Shown here: one piece after another, positions 55,883 through 64,000 of the stretch
How the letters are laid out: every line of letters begins with the position of its first letter
How positions within the stretch are numbered: the stretch's first letter is position 1
NCBI GenBank assembly: GCA_041652815.1
Contig: JBAZGN010000003.1
Span: 129,530 to 193,529 of the forward strand
Length of the DNA stretch: 64,000 bases
From: Candidatus Omnitrophota bacterium
GTDB taxonomy: Bacteria; Omnitrophota; Gorgyraeia; Duberdicusellales; 4484-171
Direction: 5' to 3'
Program-made: the position numbers and the translations under genes
Notes under the pieces: generated by a model
Database searches by the model: none
Told to the model about the DNA's origin: nothing
Seen by the model: the letters and a program-made list of their open reading frames with translations, nothing else

Positions 55883-56077
55883 TTACCAACTCGCCTTTTT
55901 TAAACCGGGGATAACCCCCTGCCAGGCAAGTTGCCTGAAACAAATACGGCAAAGTTCAAAATCCCTTATGTAACCGCGAGGCCTGCCGCATAACCGGCAA
56001 CGGTTTCTGTAGCGGGTTGAAAACTTTGGTTTTATTTTTTCTTTTTTCCATTTTTCAATTTTTGCAGTTGTCGCCAT
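55883..56077 (-). CDS. rpsN: 30S ribosomal protein S14, type Z (zinc-binding)
   Basis: 61 aa with [23 protein letters not shown]. Confidence 0.9.
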   Translation of the reverse strand: MATTAKIEKWKKEKIKPKFSTRYRNRCRLCGRPRGYIRDFELCRICFRQLAWQGVIPGLKKASW

Positions 56078-56096
56078 TTTTAACTCCTATTCTATA

Positions 56097-56183
56097 GATG
56101 CGGATTACCGCGGATATTTACGCGGATTTACGCACTGTCATTGCGGTTATCCGCGTTTAAATCCGCGGCTATCCGCTTCTATT
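56097..56183. repeat. About 90-bp palindromic GCGGAT-rich element, copy 2 (between rplE and rpsN)
   Basis: tagatgcggattaccgcggatatttacgcggat...atccgcgtttaaatccgcggctatccgcttcta. The arms are near-identical to copy 1; the centres differ. Confidence 0.7.
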
Positions 56184-56186
56184 CTT

Positions 56187-56765
56187 TTATCGCCTGAAAG
56201 GGAAACCTAACAAGCTAAGCAATTCTTTTGCTTCTTTGTCTGTTTTTGCGCTTGTGTTAATTGTTATGTTCATACCCTGAGCACGTGTGATTTTGTCAGG
56301 TTCGAGTTCTGCAAACACGTTTTGTTCTGTAAGGCCGAAAGTGTAGCTGCCGCTGCCATCAAATGAGCTTGGAGATAGCCCTCTAAAATCGCGTATTCGT
56401 GGAGCGGCAACAGTTACGAACCTATCCAGGAATTCATACATACGATAACGGCGTAAGGTAACGCAACAACCAACGGGCACGCCTTTTTTTAGCTTAAAAT
56501 TCGATATGGGTTTGCGCGAACGGCAGATTTTTGCCTTTTGGCCTCCGATTATAGCAAGTTCTTCTGCGGCTTTTTCTGTAAGTTTTGGGTCGGTAATAGC
56601 TGCGCCAACACCCATGTTAATAACAATCTTTGACAACTTAGGTACTGCTAAACTGTTCTTATAGCCAAATTTCTCCTTCATCTTGGCGATAACCTCCTCG
56701 CGATATACCTTTAAGAGACGCGGAATATATTTTTCTTTTAAATCTCCTGTTGGCATTTTTTGCAT
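56187..56765 (-). CDS. rplE: 50S ribosomal protein L5
   Basis: L5 signature. The start may be the internal Met. Confidence 0.9.
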   Translation of the reverse strand: MQKMPTGDLKEKYIPRLLKVYREEVIAKMKEKFGYKNSLAVPKLSKIVINMGVGAAITDPKLTEKAAEELAIIGGQKAKICRSRKPISNFKLKKGVPVGCCVTLRRYRMYEFLDRFVTVAAPRIRDFRGLSPSSFDGSGSYTFGLTEQNVFAELEPDKITRAQGMNITINTSAKTDKEAKELLSLLGFPFRR

Positions 56766-57052
56766 ATCCTTATTTTGTTTTTATCTTTTAATGTTTTTAT
56801 ACCAAATCTTACAGGTTTGTTGCAGCTTGTGCAAAATAACGCTATTTTAGAAATATGTAACGGCATAGGTATCTCTTTTATTCCGCCGACATCAGCCTCA
56901 GAGCGTTTTTTCATATGTTTCTTTGAAAGGTTTAAACCCTCAACTATCAATCTTGATTTATCCTTAAAAACTTCAAGGACCTTACCGCTCTTACCGCTAT
57001 CTTTTCCGGAAAGTATAATTACTTTATCGCCCTTTTTTATACCTAAACTCAT
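56738..57052 (-). CDS. rplX: 50S ribosomal protein L24 with C-terminal CxxC...CxxC extension
   Basis: KOW motif plus CTSCNKPVRF...CKKCQQ. Confidence 0.88.
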   Translation of the reverse strand: MSLGIKKGDKVIILSGKDSGKSGKVLEVFKDKSRLIVEGLNLSKKHMKKRSEADVGGIKEIPMPLHISKIALFCTSCNKPVRFGIKTLKDKNKIRICKKCQQEI

Positions 57053-57156
57053 TTAAACCTCGCTTCGCTCGGTTAGATAACATATGGCAGTTATCAGGTT
57101 GTAGATGCCAGATGAAATTATCTGCCTAACTGCTATCTGCAATCTGCTATCTGTTT
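57053..57156. repeat. rplX leader: conserved box TCTAACCGAGCGAAGCGAGGT plus ATCTGC/ATCTGT repeat tract
   Basis: cgcttcgctcggttagata abuts the rplX start. atctgcctaactgctatctgcaatctgctatctgt lies upstream. Confidence 0.5.
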
Positions 57157-57522
57157 TCACACCACTTCCGGGGCTAAAGACAAAATCTTACTAAAACGAT
57201 CCCTCAACTCTCTTGCTACCGGGCCAAATACTCTTGTTGAGCGGGGATTTCCCTGTTTATCTATTACAACACATGCATTATTATCAAACTTAAGGCACAT
57301 ACCATCAGAACGCCTTATGGGAAGGTGTGTCCTTACAACCACAGCCCGTACAACTTCGCCTTTTTTTATCGCGGCATTAGGAAGCGCTTCTTTCACATTT
57401 GCCGTAATTACATCGCCTATCAATGCAAAGGGGCGATTTTTTTTGCCAATTACCCCGATAAATGAAACCTTACGCGCTCCGCTATTGTCAGCCACATCCA
57501 GTTTTGTTTTTATGTAAATCAT
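57157..57522 (-). CDS. rplN: 50S ribosomal protein L14
   Basis: L14 signature. Confidence 0.92.
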   Translation of the reverse strand: MIYIKTKLDVADNSGARKVSFIGVIGKKNRPFALIGDVITANVKEALPNAAIKKGEVVRAVVVRTHLPIRRSDGMCLKFDNNACVVIDKQGNPRSTRVFGPVARELRDRFSKILSLAPEVV

Positions 57523-57767
57523 TTCAAAACCTCAAGCAGTTTAAAACATTTTTCTTTTGATATCGGCCTTGACTCGACAATCCTTACCCTATCGCCGGTT
57601 TTTGCCTTTTTTTCTTCATCGTGAACTTTATACTTTTTTCTCTTTATCACCAGCCTGTTATATACAGGGTGAGATATTTTTGTAGTTACGGTAACTACGA
57701 TTGTTTTTTGCATTTTATCCGAAAGAACTACGCCCTCCAGGATTCTTTTACCTTTTATTGGTTTCAT
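57519..57767 (-). CDS. rpsQ: 30S ribosomal protein S17
   Basis: S17 signature. Confidence 0.9.
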   Translation of the reverse strand: MKPIKGKRILEGVVLSDKMQKTIVVTVTTKISHPVYNRLVIKRKKYKVHDEEKKAKTGDRVRIVESRPISKEKCFKLLEVLK

Positions 57768-57948
57768 TTTCTTTCTCCTTAAGCACCGTAAGAATTCTGG
57801 CTATGGTTTTACGAGCAACTCTAAAAACATGCGGCTTTTCCAGGTTTCCGCTACGCTTAAACTCAAAATCCATGAGTTCTTTTCTGAGGTCGGAAATTTT
57901 TTCCTTTAATTCTTCCTTTGATAATGCTCTTATGTCCTTTATCTTCAT
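57748..57948 (-). CDS. rpmC: 50S ribosomal protein L29
   Basis: L29 signature. Confidence 0.88.
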   Translation of the reverse strand: MKIKDIRALSKEELKEKISDLRKELMDFEFKRSGNLEKPHVFRVARKTIARILTVLKEKENETNKR

Positions 57949-58041
57949 CCAGCCCTTCCTTGTAATTTTTTAACTATCTATTGTATTGATGCGTAAATAA
58001 TCCTTATTTGTGCCGCTTCCATTTCATTGGAAGGGCTGGAT

Positions 58042-58452
58042 TCATTTACGCCTCGTAACAAACATTGTTTTGCACGGCAACTTATAGGCAACTAGCCTGA
58101 AAGACGCGCGGGCATAATCTTCGGGAATGCCTCCCATCTCAAAAAGAAGCATTCCCCGTTTTATAACCGCAACCCAGGTATCAACTTCTCCCTTGCCCTT
58201 ACCCATTCTTGCTTCAGCAGGATGCTTTGTTATGGATTTATCCGGAAAAACCCTTATCCAAAGTTTTCCGCCACGATGAATCCGCCTGCTTAAAATAATC
58301 CTTGCACTCTCAAGCTGGCTGCTTTTAAGCCATGCACATTCAAGCGCTTTTATTCCATATTCTCCGAAAGAAACCGTCGAGCCCCTTACTGCCAGGCCGC
58401 GGCGTTTGCCTCTCTGAGACTTTCTATATTTTACTCTTGCCGGAAATAACAT
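58042..58452 (-). CDS. rplP: 50S ribosomal protein L16
   Basis: L16 signature. Confidence 0.92.
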   Translation of the reverse strand: MLFPARVKYRKSQRGKRRGLAVRGSTVSFGEYGIKALECAWLKSSQLESARIILSRRIHRGGKLWIRVFPDKSITKHPAEARMGKGKGEVDTWVAVIKRGMLLFEMGGIPEDYARASFRLVAYKLPCKTMFVTRRK

Positions 58453-58453
58453 A

Positions 58454-59131
58454 TTAAGACCTGCCCTCCGCTACCTCTTCTTTTATCATGTAACTACCCA
58501 AGGGCTTTTCACCTTTATATATCCAAACCTTTACTCCGTTGGTACCATAAGTTGTTCTTGCTACGCCAAAACCGTAATCTATATCTGCTCTAAATGTTTG
58601 AAGCGGAACTTTACCGTATCGATAGATTTCGTTTCTCGCAATTTCAGCCCCCTCAAGCCTGCCTGAACATTTTATCTTTATTCCTTCACATCCTAAACCA
58701 AGCGCCTGGCTTATGGCTTTTTTCATTGCCCGCCTGAAATTTACTCTTTTTGTCATTTGAAATGCAATAAGCTCAGCTACGAGTTGCGCTTCCAAAGCCG
58801 GCTCTGTTACTTCTTCAACATCTACGATTACTTCCTTTTTAGCGAGCTTACCTATTTCCGACTTAACTCTTTCGATGTCCTGGCCGCGTCTGCCTATAAT
58901 CACACCGGGCCGGGATGTCCTTATTTTTATCCGTATCAAAGTAGGAGAAATGCGCTCGATAACTATAGCTGCAATTGAGCCCATCTGATAACTCTTTTTT
59001 ATCAATTCACGTATGCGTACATCTTCCTCCAGAAATTGGGCGTATTCAGTTCTTCGCAGCGAAATCCAGCGAGAGAGCCAATCTTTTCCAAACCCTATCC
59101 TTAAAATATACGGATGAACTTTTTGACCCAT
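58454..59131 (-). CDS. rpsC: 30S ribosomal protein S3
   Basis: KH domain plus S3 C-terminal domain. Confidence 0.92.
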   Translation of the reverse strand: MGQKVHPYILRIGFGKDWLSRWISLRRTEYAQFLEEDVRIRELIKKSYQMGSIAAIVIERISPTLIRIKIRTSRPGVIIGRRGQDIERVKSEIGKLAKKEVIVDVEEVTEPALEAQLVAELIAFQMTKRVNFRRAMKKAISQALGLGCEGIKIKCSGRLEGAEIARNEIYRYGKVPLQTFRADIDYGFGVARTTYGTNGVKVWIYKGEKPLGSYMIKEEVAEGRS

Positions 59132-59143
59132 AATCTCCTTTAA

Positions 59144-59503
59144 TTATTTTATCTTTGCCTTCTCGATTATTTTTTCCGGCGTATCCAATTCAACCAACAG
59201 GTGCGAAGTTCTTTTAATTATTGCTCCTGCTCTTCCAAAAGTAGCGGCACGAAAACGCTTAAGAGTCGGCCCAGGATTGGCAACAACCTTTGAAATAAAA
59301 AGCTTATCTTCTTCATAACCTTTATTCTTAGCATTCGCAATTGCCGATTTTAAAACTTTCTTAAGTAAAAAAGCACTTTTCTGGTTTAACACCTCAAGAA
59401 TGCTTTCTGCTTTTTTGGCATTTAAACCTTTTATCAGCCGGATTGCCATTCGCGCCTTAAAAGGTGAAATTCTTACGTATTTTGCTTCTGCTCTGCTAAT
59501 CAT
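59144..59503 (-). CDS. rplV: 50S ribosomal protein L22
   Basis: L22 signature. Confidence 0.9.
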   Translation of the reverse strand: MISRAEAKYVRISPFKARMAIRLIKGLNAKKAESILEVLNQKSAFLLKKVLKSAIANAKNKGYEEDKLFISKVVANPGPTLKRFRAATFGRAGAIIKRTSHLLVELDTPEKIIEKAKIK

Positions 59504-59506
59504 GTT

Positions 59507-59794
59507 TTATGTCTTTTCTACTGCTTTCTTTGATTTTACACCACCATGCTGACGGAAAATTCGCGTCAGTGCAAACTCTCCCAACCTATGCCCTACCATA
59601 GACTCCGTTATAAAAACAGGGACATGCTTTTTCCCATCATGAACCGCAAAAGTTAGCCCGACAAATTCCGGAGCAATCACCGAAGCTCTTGACCATGTTT
59701 TTATCGGTTTTCTTTCGCCCGTCTCCCTTGCCTTCTGAACTTTTCTAAGCAATTTTTCCTGTATAAACGGGCCTTTGGTTAAACTACGAGACAT
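59507..59794 (-). CDS. rpsS: 30S ribosomal protein S19
   Basis: S19 signature. Confidence 0.92.
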   Translation of the reverse strand: MSRSLTKGPFIQEKLLRKVQKARETGERKPIKTWSRASVIAPEFVGLTFAVHDGKKHVPVFITESMVGHRLGEFALTRIFRQHGGVKSKKAVEKT

Positions 59795-59797
59795 GGT

Positions 59798-60631
59798 TTA
59801 TTTTCTCCTCTTAATGATAAACTTGTTACTCATTTTTTTAGGTTGCCTTGTTTTTCCGCCCTTTGTTGGTTTCCCCCAAGGGGTAACAGGATGCGGGTTA
59901 CCCTGGCCAGCTTTACCTTCACCGCCGCCATGCGGATGGTCTATCGGATTCATAGCAGCACCCCTTACTGTTGGACGCCTGCCAAGCCAACGGGTCCTGC
60001 CGGCTTTTCCGGAAATAAAACTTGAGTGCTCAATAAGCCCGATTTGGCCGACTGTCCCACGACAATCTTCACTAACCAAACGAATTTCTCCTGATGGCAT
60101 CTGCAGCTGAATCATGCCTTTGTCTTTTGCCATAACCTGGCCCCAGCTGCCTGCGCTTCTTACTAAAACAGCGCCTCTACCGGGAATTAATTCAATATTG
60201 TGTATTAGCGTTCCCAGCGGCATATATTTTAACTTCATACAGTTGCCGGGCTTTATGTCAACCTGGGAATCTAGCGCACTTGTAACTTTATCGCCCACAT
60301 TAAGTTTATCAGGCCAAATAATATATCTTTTTTCTTTGTCGGGATATTCAAGCAAAGCAATGCGGGCGCTTCTATTCGGATCATATTCTACTGCCACGAC
60401 TTGCGCTTCAATATCAAATTTATCGCGTTTAAAATCTATTATTCTGTATTTTTGCTTATGGCCGCCGCCGATATGACGCGTAGTAATACGCCCTCTATTA
60501 TTTCTGCCGCCTGTTTTGTGAAGGCTTTTTGTCAGCGACTTCTCCGGTGTTGACTTTGTTATCTCGGAGAAATCAGCATTAGTTTTGAATCTCTGCGTTT
60601 GAGTTATTGGCTTAAAAGTTTTAATTCCCAT
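59798..60631 (-). CDS. rplB: 50S ribosomal protein L2
   Basis: L2 signature. Confidence 0.93.
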   Translation of the reverse strand: MGIKTFKPITQTQRFKTNADFSEITKSTPEKSLTKSLHKTGGRNNRGRITTRHIGGGHKQKYRIIDFKRDKFDIEAQVVAVEYDPNRSARIALLEYPDKEKRYIIWPDKLNVGDKVTSALDSQVDIKPGNCMKLKYMPLGTLIHNIELIPGRGAVLVRSAGSWGQVMAKDKGMIQLQMPSGEIRLVSEDCRGTVGQIGLIEHSSFISGKAGRTRWLGRRPTVRGAAMNPIDHPHGGGEGKAGQGNPHPVTPWGKPTKGGKTRQPKKMSNKFIIKRRK

Positions 60632-60671
60632 AATCTTAAGCCCCTCCTGGGGCGACGTCCCCGTAAGGGGA

Positions 60672-60962
60672 TTAACCTAATTTGATTTCAAAACCTTTTT
60701 TTAAAGTTATAACAGCTTTTTTCCAGTTGCTGGTTCTACCGGGCTGGTTGTATCTTACCCGTTTAATTTTACCCTTAACAACGGATGTATTTATCTTAAG
60801 AACCTTTACTTTATATATTTTTTCAACTGCCTTTTTTATTTCGATGACGTTTGCGTTATTATCAACTACAAAAACATATTTACCAAGCGCAGCATCTTTG
60901 CTTGCTTTCTCGCTGATAAGGGGGTATTTTAAAACTGAATAAATACTAGTTACTTCAGCCAT
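60672..60962 (-). CDS. rplW: 50S ribosomal protein L23
   Basis: L23 signature. Confidence 0.9.
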   Translation of the reverse strand: MAEVTSIYSVLKYPLISEKASKDAALGKYVFVVDNNANVIEIKKAVEKIYKVKVLKINTSVVKGKIKRVRYNQPGRTSNWKKAVITLKKGFEIKLG

Positions 60963-61585
60963 TTCTTAACTCTCGCCATAATTACCTCTAATGCATCTTT
61001 GGTAAAAATTATTTTTTTACAATCAAGAGCATAGTAGGTATTTAAGCTGGCTGCCGCATCAACCATTACGTTAGGCAAGTTACGGCAGGACAATTTTAAA
61101 TTTTTATCCAAACTTCCCACTACAAACCTTATCCTTAAATCGTCAAGTTTAAGTTTTTTTACTATTCCGAAAACTTCTTTGGTTTTTGGCGAATTTATTT
61201 TTAAACCTTCTAAAATAATCATTTCTTTATCCTGTAGTTTTGAGTTAAGAGCGCTTTTTAGGGCGAGTATTTTCATTCTGTTTGGAAGATCTTTGCGAAA
61301 ACTATGCGGTTTAGGGCCAAACGTTATTCCGCCTTTACGCCAAAGCGGCGAACGTGTGGAGCCAACACGCGCCCTGCCTGTTCCTTTCTGCCTCCAGGGT
61401 TTTCTGCCACCGCCAGAAACTTCTCCTCTTGTTTTAGTTGAAGCAAGGCCCATTCTTTGATTAGCTAAATGAGCTACAACCGCCTGATGCATAAGGCTGT
61501 TTCTGATTTTTCCGTCAAATACGGAAGAATCCAGCTCAAGTTTAGCGACTTCTTTACCTTGTGTATTTAATACGCTTATATTCAC
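60950..61585 (-). CDS. rplD: 50S ribosomal protein L4
   Basis: L4 signature. Confidence 0.9.
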   Translation of the reverse strand: MNISVLNTQGKEVAKLELDSSVFDGKIRNSLMHQAVVAHLANQRMGLASTKTRGEVSGGGRKPWRQKGTGRARVGSTRSPLWRKGGITFGPKPHSFRKDLPNRMKILALKSALNSKLQDKEMIILEGLKINSPKTKEVFGIVKKLKLDDLRIRFVVGSLDKNLKLSCRNLPNVMVDAAASLNTYYALDCKKIIFTKDALEVIMARVKKWLK

Positions 61586-61702
61586 CCAGCCCCTCCATTC
61601 AAAATTTGGCTAGTCTATAATTTATTTTTCTTACCTTGGTATCAAACAACCCTTACCTCTCCGATGAATTTCTTATGCGTTTTCGGAAGGGCGGGGTTCA
61701 TA

Positions 61703-62407
61703 TTATGCCTTCTCAACTGCAACTACCGAGCCTTTTCCCCCCGGTATGGAGCCTGCCACAAAAAGCAATTGTTTTTCTTTGTCAATTTTTACAACTTTAA
61801 GCTGCTTAACTACTCTGATATCTACCCCCATATGTCCCGGCATATGATGGCCTCTTACAACTCTTCCGGGATCGGTATTCGCACCATTTGAACCAATGCG
61901 CCTATGCGTCATTGAACCATGCGCACCAGGGCCTCCATGCCAGCCGTGGCGCTTAATTCCTCCGGCAAAACCTCTTCCTTTTGTGATGCCATGGATATTT
62001 ACAATGTCACCCTCGTTAAACATTTCTATGCCGACTTCCGGCTTTGCCTTTACTTCGGTAGCCGCGGCTTCGGCCGAGGGTATAGACGCGGACGCGGGAG
62101 CTTCCTGTGGTTTCTTTACATCTTTATCGATTGCAACTTCACGGATAAGCTTATACGGTGTTACTCCGAGTTTCTTAAAATATCCAAGAACCGGTTTCTT
62201 TATGTATTTTTGCCGGTGTTCCGGCCATTTAAAGCAGCCAATCCTTGCAACGTCGCCCTTTGCATATTTGATTTCTTCCAATATGCAAACCGGTTCTACC
62301 TCGATAAGCGTAACGCCGATTAAAGCACCGTCGCTACCGAAAATCTGCGTCATTCCCAATTTTTTGCCAAAAATTTCCCTAATCATTTTTATGCTTTTTT
62401 TGTTCAC
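61703..62407 (-). CDS. rplC: 50S ribosomal protein L3
   Basis: L3 signature FGKKLGMTQIF. The start may be the internal Met (MIREIF...). Confidence 0.9.
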   Translation of the reverse strand: MNKKSIKMIREIFGKKLGMTQIFGSDGALIGVTLIEVEPVCILEEIKYAKGDVARIGCFKWPEHRQKYIKKPVLGYFKKLGVTPYKLIREVAIDKDVKKPQEAPASASIPSAEAAATEVKAKPEVGIEMFNEGDIVNIHGITKGRGFAGGIKRHGWHGGPGAHGSMTHRRIGSNGANTDPGRVVRGHHMPGHMGVDIRVVKQLKVVKIDKEKQLLFVAGSIPGGKGSVVAVEKA

Positions 62408-62522
62408 AGATCCGTGCAGACTATTAAAAGTGGCGAGTAGCGAGACGGACGTAGAAGAATTAAGCTTTCTTTCTACTTTATCCCTATCTGCGTATCTTGC
62501 GCCTTCTATCTGCGTTACTACT

Positions 62523-62831
62523 TCAAACTTCTTGTTTTATCTCAACGTTTACACCGGACGGCAAATTCAGTTTTCGTAAAGCATCTATCGTCTTGGGTGT
62601 CGGGTCGTCCAGGTCAATTATTCTTTTGTGAACCGCCATCTGAAACTGCTCTCGTGACTTTTTATCGATGTTGGTTGAACGATTCACTGTATAAATCTTC
62701 TTGTGGGTTGGAAGCGGTATCGGACCATTTACCTTGGCTCCGGTACGCATTGCCACTTCCACTATTTCATGAGTAGACTGATCCAGGATGCGATGATCAA
62801 ACGCTTTAAGTTTTATTCTTAATTTAAGCAT
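62523..62831 (-). CDS. rpsJ: 30S ribosomal protein S10
   Basis: S10 signature. Confidence 0.92.
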   Translation of the reverse strand: MLKLRIKLKAFDHRILDQSTHEIVEVAMRTGAKVNGPIPLPTHKKIYTVNRSTNIDKKSREQFQMAVHKRIIDLDDPTPKTIDALRKLNLPSGVNVEIKQEV

Positions 62832-62878
62832 ATTTCATGTTTCACAGAACCAGGATGCCTGCCTAAGGCTAAACTTAC

Positions 62879-64000
62879 TTAAGCAATAATCTGAGTAACT
62901 ACTCCAGCTCCTACTGTTCTACCGCCTTCACGGATAGCAAATCTTGATTCCTTTTCAATTGCCACAGGCTGAATAAGCTCAATCTCAAGCTCTGCAGTAT
63001 CCCCTGGCATAACCATTTCAACTCCCGCAGGTAGAGTTACAGAACCGGTTACATCTGTGGTTCTAAAATAAAATTGCGGCCTGTATCCTGCAAAAAACGG
63101 CGTATGCCTTCCGCCTTCTTCTTTCTTTAACGAATATATCTGAGCTTTGAACTTCGTGTGCGGAGTAATTGAGCCTGGCTTTGCCAAAACCATTCCACGT
63201 TCAATGTCGGTCTTTTCAACGCCTCTTAAAAGTAAGCCTACGTTATCACCGGCTAAGCCTTCATCGAGCTCTTTTCTAAACATTTCTACACCCGTAACAA
63301 TTGTCTTTTTTGTTTCCGGCTTAAGGCCGATCATTTCAATTTCATCGTTTACTTTAACTTTTCCTCTTTCAATTCTTCCGGTTGCAACTGTTCCTCTTCC
63401 GGAAATCGAAAAAACATCTTCTACAGCCATAAGAAACGGCTTGTCTATTTCTCTTTTCGGAGCAGGAATAAAATCATCAACTGCTTTTAAGAGATCAAGT
63501 ATTGGCTTACAATTCGGGCACTCTGCTTTTCCACAACCGCAGGCAAGCGCTTTTGTCGCTGAACCTTTTATTATAGGAGTTTCTTTGCCGGGAAATTCAT
63601 ACTTGGCCAGTAGGTCTCTTACTTCAACTTCAACGAGTTCAACAAGTTCAGGATCATCCATTAAATCTACCTTGTTGATAAATACTACAATTGCCGGAAC
63701 GTTAACTTGCCTTGCCAAAAGTATATGTTCTCTGGTTTGAGGCATTGGCCCGTCAACTGCAGAAACAACAAGTATAGCACCGTCCATTTGAGCGGCGCCA
63801 GTAATCATATTCTTAATGTAATCATGATGACCGGGACAATCTATGTGTGCATAGTGCCTCTTATCTGTTTCATACTCAACGTGCGAAATGGCTATTGTCA
63901 AAATTTTCGTTTCATCACGCCTGCCTTGCGACTCGGAAGCTTTCGCCACCTGGTCATAAGATATAAACGTAGCCATACCTCTTCCTGCAGATACTTTCGT
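62879..64000 (-). CDS. tuf: Elongation factor Tu; N-terminal part lies beyond the window edge
   Basis: GTPase domain II/III motifs and [26 protein letters not shown]. Open reading frame continues to position 64000. Confidence 0.9.
   Translation of the reverse strand, partial: TKVSAGRGMATFISYDQVAKASESQGRRDETKILTIAISHVEYETDKRHYAHIDCPGHHDYIKNMITGAAQMDGAILVVSAVDGPMPQTREHILLARQVNVPAIVVFINKVDLMDDPELVELVEVEVRDLLAKYEFPGKETPIIKGSATKALACGCGKAECPNCKPILDLLKAVDDFIPAPKREIDKPFLMAVEDVFSISGRGTVATGRIERGKVKVNDEIEMIGLKPETKKTIVTGVEMFRKELDEGLAGDNVGLLLRGVEKTDIERGMVLAKPGSITPHTKFKAQIYSLKKEEGGRHTPFFAGYRPQFYFRTTDVTGSVTLPAGVEMVMPGDTAELEIELIQPVAIEKESRFAIREGGRTVGAGVVTQIIA

Noticed and set aside
1-64000. CRISPR array
   Set aside because: All repeats seen are palindromic or inverted or occur in only 2-4 copies with non-uniform spacing. 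No regularly spaced direct-repeat array is present.

Overview
Low-GC (by eye) bacterial chromosomal segment, probably from an uncultured anaerobe. PPi-dependent glycolysis genes are present (pyruvate phosphate dikinase and a PPi/ATP phosphofructokinase). There is also an Mrp/Mbh-like membrane module with a NuoI-type ferredoxin and a HycI-type hydrogenase maturation protease.

Layout:
- 1-4.9 kb: 3' part of an Mrp-antiporter/group-4-hydrogenase-like cluster (MrpD/E/F/G-like, NuoI-like ferredoxin, HAD-like/hydrogenase-protease fusion), a lipoprotein and a thermonuclease.
- 4.9-5.5 kb: a decayed M48 peptidase pseudogene.
- 5.7-11.9 kb: glyQS, ppdK, a sigma-70 factor, apt, tRNA-Arg(CCT) with a duplicated 3' end, and rpsU.
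- 12-15.9 kb: low-density segment with a ZAS-type anti-sigma factor, a STAS-PilZ fusion, a coiled-coil protein, small ORFs, an RHH (MobC-like) gene and a roughly 560 bp non-coding stretch containing a GC-rich island.
- 15.9-27.6 kb: long minus-strand gene string. It holds a c-di-GMP-flavoured operon (PilZ, Zn-ribbon microprotein, PilZ, DUF4416, PflX-like radical SAM, DUF2062), then aroB, an S2P protease, an SH3b protein, a SPOR protein, HD-GYP, dGTPase, HIT, a phosphoesterase, a DUF234 ATPase-like protein, an M23 peptidase and tRNA-Gly(CCC).
- 27.8-46.7 kb: thiC, ADP-heptose genes, pfp, amaP/asp23, accBC, efp, pepP, aroQ, MEMO1-like, TonB, Lpd-like, mdh, icd and leuCD-like genes with pilT inserted between them, and an aminotransferase.
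- 46.8-64 kb: the S10-spc-alpha ribosomal superoperon on the minus strand, from tuf (5' end outside the window) to rplQ.

The most unusual aspect is the number of distinct intergenic repeat/palindrome families, several of them inserted into spacers of the ribosomal operon, together with operator-like decameric repeat arrays upstream of pfp and the aminotransferase gene. The ORF track (60 aa minimum) missed four small genes: rpmJ, rpsU, a Trm112-like gene and a Zn-ribbon microprotein. Hand-derived coordinates may be off by 1-2 nt.
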